In this document: piece by piece, positions 27,020 to 32,000 of the stretch | Layout: each line of letters opens with the position of its first letter | How positions within the stretch are numbered: the first letter of the stretch is position 1 | DNA from: Nitrosopumilus maritimus SCM1 | Lineage (GTDB): Archaea; Thermoproteota; Nitrososphaeria; Nitrososphaerales; Nitrosopumilaceae | Reading direction: 5' to 3' | NCBI RefSeq assembly: GCF_000018465.1 | Contig: NC_010085.1 | Coordinates: 180,001-212,000, forward strand | DNA: 32,000 nucleotides | Notes under the pieces: generated by a model | What the model was told of the DNA's origin: nothing | Databases searched by the model: none | What the model saw: the letters and a program-made list of their open reading frames with translations, nothing else | Made by a program: the position numbers and the translations under genes

Positions 27020-27111
27020 ACTTGTTCAAAATCCCTGTCTAAATTTACTCCAATTAATTCGGCCCATTTTGCCAATTTTTCAATAAATTCTGTATCTTCT
27101 TGTGTAAACAT
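27016..27111 (-). CDS. Putative 31-aa small ORF convergent with DedA
   Basis: My reverse translation: MFTQEDTEFIEKLAKWAELIGVNLDRDFEQV*; its stop overlaps the DedA stop codon. Only sequence composition supports it. Confidence 0.3.
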   Translation of the reverse strand: MFTQEDTEFIEKLAKWAELIGVNLDRDFEQV

Positions 27112-27208
27112 GATTTTTAATGGAATAATTACATAAAAGAAATTACTAATCAATCGTTCATTATTTTAAAAAAATTGAAAACTGCCTAGTTCTGCATATT
27201 TATGTCAA

Positions 27209-27394
27209 CTAGCTTTCTTTAATTAGTGACTTTATGCCAGAAATACTTTCTGCGTTAAGTTCAATTTCTTTATGTTCTGCTAAGACATGCTCTGTAACTA
27301 TTGTCATCAATTCTTCTTCAGTATCTGCTGATGCTGACCATCCGCAATCTTTGCCTGCATCTTTACAACTAATGGTTTTTGCCATACTTTTCAT
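27209..27394 (-). CDS. DUF1059 family small protein
   Basis: KTISCKDAGKDCGWSASADTEEELMTIVTEHVLAEHKE; the true start is probably the internal Met (about 27385). Confidence 0.85.
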   Translation of the reverse strand: MKSMAKTISCKDAGKDCGWSASADTEEELMTIVTEHVLAEHKEIELNAESISGIKSLIKES

Positions 27395-27467
27395 AAATTT
27401 TCGAGATATTTATCTGATTTTACAGTAAAGAAATATCTAAATCATAACACCTTATCAAATAATCATC

Positions 27468-28751
27468 ATGGAACTTCCAAGAGGTATGAAAGACTTTGAG
27501 GCTAATGAAAATTCAAACATTGAACATGTAAGAAATCATTTCAAAAAATTATCTAATTTGTATGGCTTTTCATTCATGGAACCCTCTGTTTTAGAATCCT
27601 TATCTACACTTGAAACCAAATCTGGTCCTGCAATAAGAGACGAAATCTATTATTTCAAAGATAAAGGTGATCGTGAGGTTGCTTTGCGTTTTGATTTTAC
27701 AATGGGTTTGACAAGATATGCAACTGCTCAAAAATCAATGAAACTTCCTGCAAAAATTTCTGCATTTGGAGGAGTATTTCGATATGATGAACCTCAAAAA
27801 GGAAGATATCGATATTTTCATCAATGGGATGTTGAAGTTTATGGCAAGAAAACTTTAGAATCTGAGGCTGAAATTATTGAATTAACCTCACGATTGTTTG
27901 ATTCTTTGTTGCTTAAGGATATTGTAATTGACATTAATCACCGAAATCTTGTTGAATCATACATTAACAAAATATTTGACATAACAGATTCTGACAAAGT
28001 AACAGATATTCTAAGAGCAATAGACAAAATTGCTAAAAAATCAAAAGATGAAATCTTGACTGAATTTACTAAAAAAGGATACGACACTGCCAAACTTGAA
28101 AAAATTCTAGAATTCTCTCAAGTAAAGGGTACAATTTCTGAAGTTGAAAAAATTTTTGATACTACACAACTAGAATCATGGGATGAATTAAAACAACTTT
28201 TTGATTCATTAGAAAATAGAGGAGTTTCCAACGTTCGAATTAATTTTGGTATAGTCCGTGGGTTGGATTATTATTCTGGAATGGTCTTTGAAGTTTTTGA
28301 TAAAAATTCAAAACTTGGTGCATTAGCTGGTGGGGGAAGATATGATACATTAACAAAAGCATTTGGAAGAGATGATATTGGTGCTACTGGTGTTGCAGGT
28401 GGAGTTGAGAGAATTATTCTTACAATGCAAGAACAAAAAATAATTCCTGAAATTTTACAAAATAGAGTTGCAGTTGTTTACATCAATGAAGAGATGCAAA
28501 AAGTTGCTCACTCCATCACATCATTATTGCGGTTAAACAACATTCCTGCTGATATTGATCTTGCAGGACGTAATCTAAAAAAACAGATGGATAATGCTGG
28601 AACTGCTAGATACTCTATAATTGTTGGACCTCAAGAACTTGAAAATGGAAATGTTGTCTTGCATGACATGAAAGATGGAAAAGAAGGTACTATCTCTCTA
28701 GAAAAATTAACCGAAGATCCTAATTCTGTTCTTAATTTAGAAAAGCTCTAG
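27468..28751 (+). CDS. hisS: Histidyl-tRNA synthetase
   Basis: PRGMKDFEANE, EVALRFDFTMGLTRY, YRYFHQWDVEVYG and GLDYYSGMVFEVF...GGGRYD. Confidence 0.97.
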   Translation: MELPRGMKDFEANENSNIEHVRNHFKKLSNLYGFSFMEPSVLESLSTLETKSGPAIRDEIYYFKDKGDREVALRFDFTMGLTRYATAQKSMKLPAKISAFGGVFRYDEPQKGRYRYFHQWDVEVYGKKTLESEAEIIELTSRLFDSLLLKDIVIDINHRNLVESYINKIFDITDSDKVTDILRAIDKIAKKSKDEILTEFTKKGYDTAKLEKILEFSQVKGTISEVEKIFDTTQLESWDELKQLFDSLENRGVSNVRINFGIVRGLDYYSGMVFEVFDKNSKLGALAGGGRYDTLTKAFGRDDIGATGVAGGVERIILTMQEQKIIPEILQNRVAVVYINEEMQKVAHSITSLLRLNNIPADIDLAGRNLKKQMDNAGTARYSIIVGPQELENGNVVLHDMKDGKEGTISLEKLTEDPNSVLNLEKL

Positions 28752-29403
28752 TTAACATCATGATCTCTGGACCTGTAGTTAATGACCCCACTATGATGCA
28801 ATTATTGTTGGCTAGAATGCCTGATGATACATATGGAATTCCATTATTGATGGAACTTTGTTCTATTTTTACGCCTAATAAATTGGAAAATGTCTTCATA
28901 TCTTCCTCATCTGCTTCTGGATGGATAGCAGCTCCTGAATTGTTTGCTACCATTACGACTCCTGTTTGATTGAAACCCGCAATTTTCTTCTGAATCGTTT
29001 CAACACCTAATACATCTGATATGGTTTGACAATCTTCTTTTGACAACCATGGTGATACCACAGCTCCTTTATCATTAGCACAAATTACATTTCCTAATGC
29101 TGTTAATTTTGAATCTAACACACCTACTTCTAAATCCAATTCTTTTTTGAGAAAATCAAATTCATTTTGATATGCCGTTTTTGGTAACAAAATCCCTTTG
29201 TTATTCATTATACACAATGCTCCAATTAATCTGGTGTTTGCAATTGATGTGAAAAGATAGTTTACTCCAAGATATTTTGCCAGTTTCTCTGCTTTGGTTT
29301 TTGCAAATCCCATTGGAAGTAAAATTGTATTATCGTTAACACTAATGTAAACTCCAATGTTTGGACCACGATACACATCAAATTTGATAATATCCATATC
29401 CAC
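28732..29403 (-). CDS. Translation initiation factor aIF6
   Basis: YRGPNIGVYISVNDNTILLP, VGLLAN-like SGILANNNCIIVGSLTTGPEIMML; IF6 pentein repeats. Confidence 0.95.
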   Translation of the reverse strand: MDMDIIKFDVYRGPNIGVYISVNDNTILLPMGFAKTKAEKLAKYLGVNYLFTSIANTRLIGALCIMNNKGILLPKTAYQNEFDFLKKELDLEVGVLDSKLTALGNVICANDKGAVVSPWLSKEDCQTISDVLGVETIQKKIAGFNQTGVVMVANNSGAAIHPEADEEDMKTFSNLLGVKIEQSSINNGIPYVSSGILANNNCIIVGSLTTGPEIMMLTRAFLN

Positions 29404-29475
29404 AAAATTGATCGTACAGCGTTATGAACGTAAGGGATCTATTCATGAGTAGAATTATAGAATTTAACTAGTCTA

Positions 29476-29486
29476 GCTTTAAATAA
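29476..29486 (+). promoter_or_regulatory. Probable archaeal TATA box of ferredoxin copy 1
   Basis: GCTTTAAATAA about 26 nt upstream of the ATG at 29508, the spacing expected for a leaderless mRNA; matches the element upstream of copy 2. Confidence 0.55.
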
Positions 29487-29489
29487 TAA

Positions 29490-29999
<510 letters not shown>

Positions 30000-30080
30000 A
30001 ATCTAAAATTATTTTTAGAATTTTTATTTTTGTTGATTTTTGTCGATCTATTCTAGTTTAGTCACGACTAATTTTATCTA

Positions 30081-30090
30081 GCTTTAAATA
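30081..30090 (+). promoter_or_regulatory. Probable archaeal TATA box of ferredoxin copy 2
   Basis: GCTTTAAATA about 28 nt upstream of the ATG at 30113; same CTAGCTTTAAATA string as copy 1. Confidence 0.55.
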
Positions 30091-30112
30091 ATATTTTAAA
30101 ATAAAATATTTC

Positions 30113-30649
30113 ATGCCAATAGATGAGAAATTTGTTGAAAATCTAGAAGTCACTGGAAAGACATTGCACTCAGATGGTGAAAATAAACACTTCATCTGGG
30201 GTAGCGGCAGAACTGATGGTGAGGCATTTTCAAACGATGATGTCAAAGCAGCATATGAAGCAAGAGGAGAAGAACAAGTTCCTCTTGGAATTCACGGTAC
30301 AACTGTAGCAGTTGACTGGGATTCTTGTGTTGCAGCAGGTTCTTGTATGAGTGTCTGTCCTGTTCAAACCTTCCAATGGTATAGAACTGAAAAAGATATC
30401 CCAGCAAAAGATGTCAATGGTGCAACTTTTGACGGAACTGGTTTAACTGAACAAGATGAACGTCTAGATTATACAGATAAATCACAACCAATCAGAGAAC
30501 ACGATTGTACACAATGTATGGCTTGCCAAGAAGCATGTCCAACACACGCAATCTTGATTGAACCATCTTACCAAGAGTATCACGAAAAAGCTGATGGCTC
30601 TTATGTAAAAATGGAATCAAGCTCTGTAAATCCACACGCACACGATTAA
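30113..30649 (+). CDS. Seven-iron-type ferredoxin with N-terminal extension, paralog of the upstream gene
   Basis: CVAAGSCMSVCPVQTFQWY (Ala at the second Cys position) and CTQCMACQEACPTHA; shares [14 protein letters not shown] and [13 protein letters not shown] with copy 1. Confidence 0.92.
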   Translation: MPIDEKFVENLEVTGKTLHSDGENKHFIWGSGRTDGEAFSNDDVKAAYEARGEEQVPLGIHGTTVAVDWDSCVAAGSCMSVCPVQTFQWYRTEKDIPAKDVNGATFDGTGLTEQDERLDYTDKSQPIREHDCTQCMACQEACPTHAILIEPSYQEYHEKADGSYVKMESSSVNPHAHD

Positions 30650-30729
30650 AGAAATTTTTTCTTTTTTCTTATTTTTACAAATTCAATACAGACTCAACAA
30701 ATTTTAATGTCTATAATCCATAATTTTTT

Positions 30730-30813
30730 GCAGAGGTCGCCTAGCTCGGTAGGGCGCGGGCCTTGAGAGCCTGTGTGCGCAAGCATACGGGGGTTCAAAT
30801 CCCTCTCTCTGCG
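30730..30813 (+). tRNA. tRNA-Ser (anticodon TGA)
   Basis: Acceptor GCAGAGG/TCTCTGC with G discriminator, anticodon arm CGGGC-CTTGAGA-GCCTG, long variable arm TGTGCGCAAGCATACG, and T-loop TTCAAAT. Confidence 0.92.
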
Positions 30814-30816
30814 TTT

Positions 30817-31785
30817 TTAATTTTCTACTTTGGCAAGTTCTGCAAGCATTGCAGATAGTTGGATTTCAGAATTTGAACCAACTAAAATTCTATAATCATA
30901 TTTTGCAATAATTTCTAAAATATCTGATAACTTGTCATGTTTTGATTTGAAGACTGCGGAATTCAAATATTTCAAAAAATCTGATTCTGACATTCCATAA
31001 ACTTTGATTAATTCAATCATCTTTTCTCTGGCCTCTGGAACTTTTCCTGATAATGCAATTTTTAGAACTTCATCTACATCTGTAGTTTTTGTCAATCCAG
31101 CAGATGCTTTTACGTTATCTTCTGAAATTGAACCTAAACTTGCAGTAGCTTGCATGAGATTTATTGCATGTCTCAAATCCCCTTCAGAATAATCATAAAT
31201 TGCCTTTAACCCCTTTTTGTCTGCCTTTACCTTTTCTTTTTTGGCAATCTCTTCTAGTCTTTTTATGACATCTTCTTCAGGAACTGCCGTAAATTTGAAA
31301 GTAGCACATCTACTCTGAATAGGATCAATAATTTTTGAGATGTTGTTTGCAATCAAGATAAATCTACATATTTTTGCAGTATCTTCAATAATTCTTCTAA
31401 GTGCTGTTTGAGCATCAGAAGTCATTTCATCAGCTTCATCTAAAATTATAATTTTGAATGGAACATCTGCCATGCCTGCATATCTTGAAAACTTTTTCAC
31501 CTTTTCTCTGACCATTCCAATTCCTCTTTCATCAGATGCGTTTAGTTCTAAGGTGTAATCCTTAGCATAATCCCCTAAAATCTGTCTGGAGATACATAAT
31601 GCAGTTGTTGTTTTTCCAACACCAGCTGATCCAGAAAATAATAGGTGAGGCATATCTGTAGGATCTTTGATTAAAGCTTCAAGACTTCCAATAATTTCTG
31701 TTTGATTAACTACTTCAGAAAGTTTCATTGGTCGATATTTTTCTACCCACATTCCAGTTGCAGCCATATGAGTACATGGAAGCAA
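30817..31785 (-). CDS. rfcS: Replication factor C small subunit
   Basis: MWVEKYRPMKLSEVVNQTEI, LLFSGSAGVGKTTTALCISR, ELNASDERGIGMVREKVK, IILDEADEMT and NNISKIIDPIQSRC. The start is probably the MWVEKYRP Met, a few codons inside the track ORF. Confidence 0.95.
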   Translation of the reverse strand: MLPCTHMAATGMWVEKYRPMKLSEVVNQTEIIGSLEALIKDPTDMPHLLFSGSAGVGKTTTALCISRQILGDYAKDYTLELNASDERGIGMVREKVKKFSRYAGMADVPFKIIILDEADEMTSDAQTALRRIIEDTAKICRFILIANNISKIIDPIQSRCATFKFTAVPEEDVIKRLEEIAKKEKVKADKKGLKAIYDYSEGDLRHAINLMQATASLGSISEDNVKASAGLTKTTDVDEVLKIALSGKVPEAREKMIELIKVYGMSESDFLKYLNSAVFKSKHDKLSDILEIIAKYDYRILVGSNSEIQLSAMLAELAKVEN

Positions 31786-31882
31786 TTCCCACTAATAAAT
31801 CCGAATTGGTTATTGTATCATCCCCCATTATTCAAATCAAAATTATTCGTAAACTTGTGTGCGATCAGGCTCAAGTTAATTT

Positions 31883-31896
31883 AGATCAATTGATCT
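31883..31896. repeat. 14-nt perfect palindrome AGATCAATTGATCT within a GATC-dense intergenic region
   Basis: Read directly; it equals its own reverse complement. Eight GATC tetramers lie between 31863 and 31959. Confidence 0.7.
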
Positions 31897-31963
31897 CACC
31901 AAATTGTAAAAAGAATTGATCGATCCGAAACTTGAGGATCTTCAAGATGATCAGTGATCTCTA

Positions 31964-32000
31964 ATGGAAATAGATAAAGTAGAAAAAGTACATTCGATTG
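31964..32000 (+). CDS. Possible start of a divergent gene truncated by the window edge
   Basis: ATGGAAATAGATAAAGTAGAAAAAGTACATTCG translates as MEIDKVEKVHS; open to the window end. Confidence 0.35.
   Translation, partial: MEIDKVEKVHSI

Noticed and set aside
31728-31919. 63-aa plus-strand ORF and overlapping 31702..31884 ORF upstream of or antisense to rfcS
   Set aside because: They overlap the RFC small subunit start antisense and run through the GATC-rich intergenic region; no domain or start context.

Overview
This window looks like a chromosomal segment from a Nitrosopumilus-like ammonia-oxidizing archaeon (Thaumarchaeota/Nitrososphaerota). It is AT-rich and densely packed with mostly conserved archaeal genes. 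Recognisable modules are: (1) an ADP-forming acyl-CoA synthetase next to 4-hydroxybutyryl-CoA dehydratase, from the 3-hydroxypropionate/4-hydroxybutyrate carbon-fixation cycle; (2) a MEMO/AMMECR1/radical-SAM (AmmeMemoRadiSam) cluster; (3) an LSm-L37e pair; (4) an L7Ae-S28e-L24e-NDK-aIF5B translation cluster; (5) archease, HisRS, aIF6 and the RFC small subunit; (6) tandem seven-iron-type ferredoxins. Three tRNAs are readable: Ala(CGC), Leu(TAG) and Ser(TGA). I see no CRISPR array, transposon, phage or defence island. The less ordinary items are: a cluster of uncharacterised proteins sharing C-terminal double-Cys zinc ribbons around a thioredoxin; an exported protein with near-identical 150-bp tandem repeats and a CFI-box-like C-terminus; a GC-rich structured intergenic region near 9.8-9.97 kb; a dense cluster of eight GATC sites with a 14-nt perfect palindrome upstream of the RFC small subunit; an RNase HI-like protein that lacks the usual last catalytic Asp; and three short ORFs missing from the supplied track. 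I found no convincing evidence for a wholly new multi-gene system.
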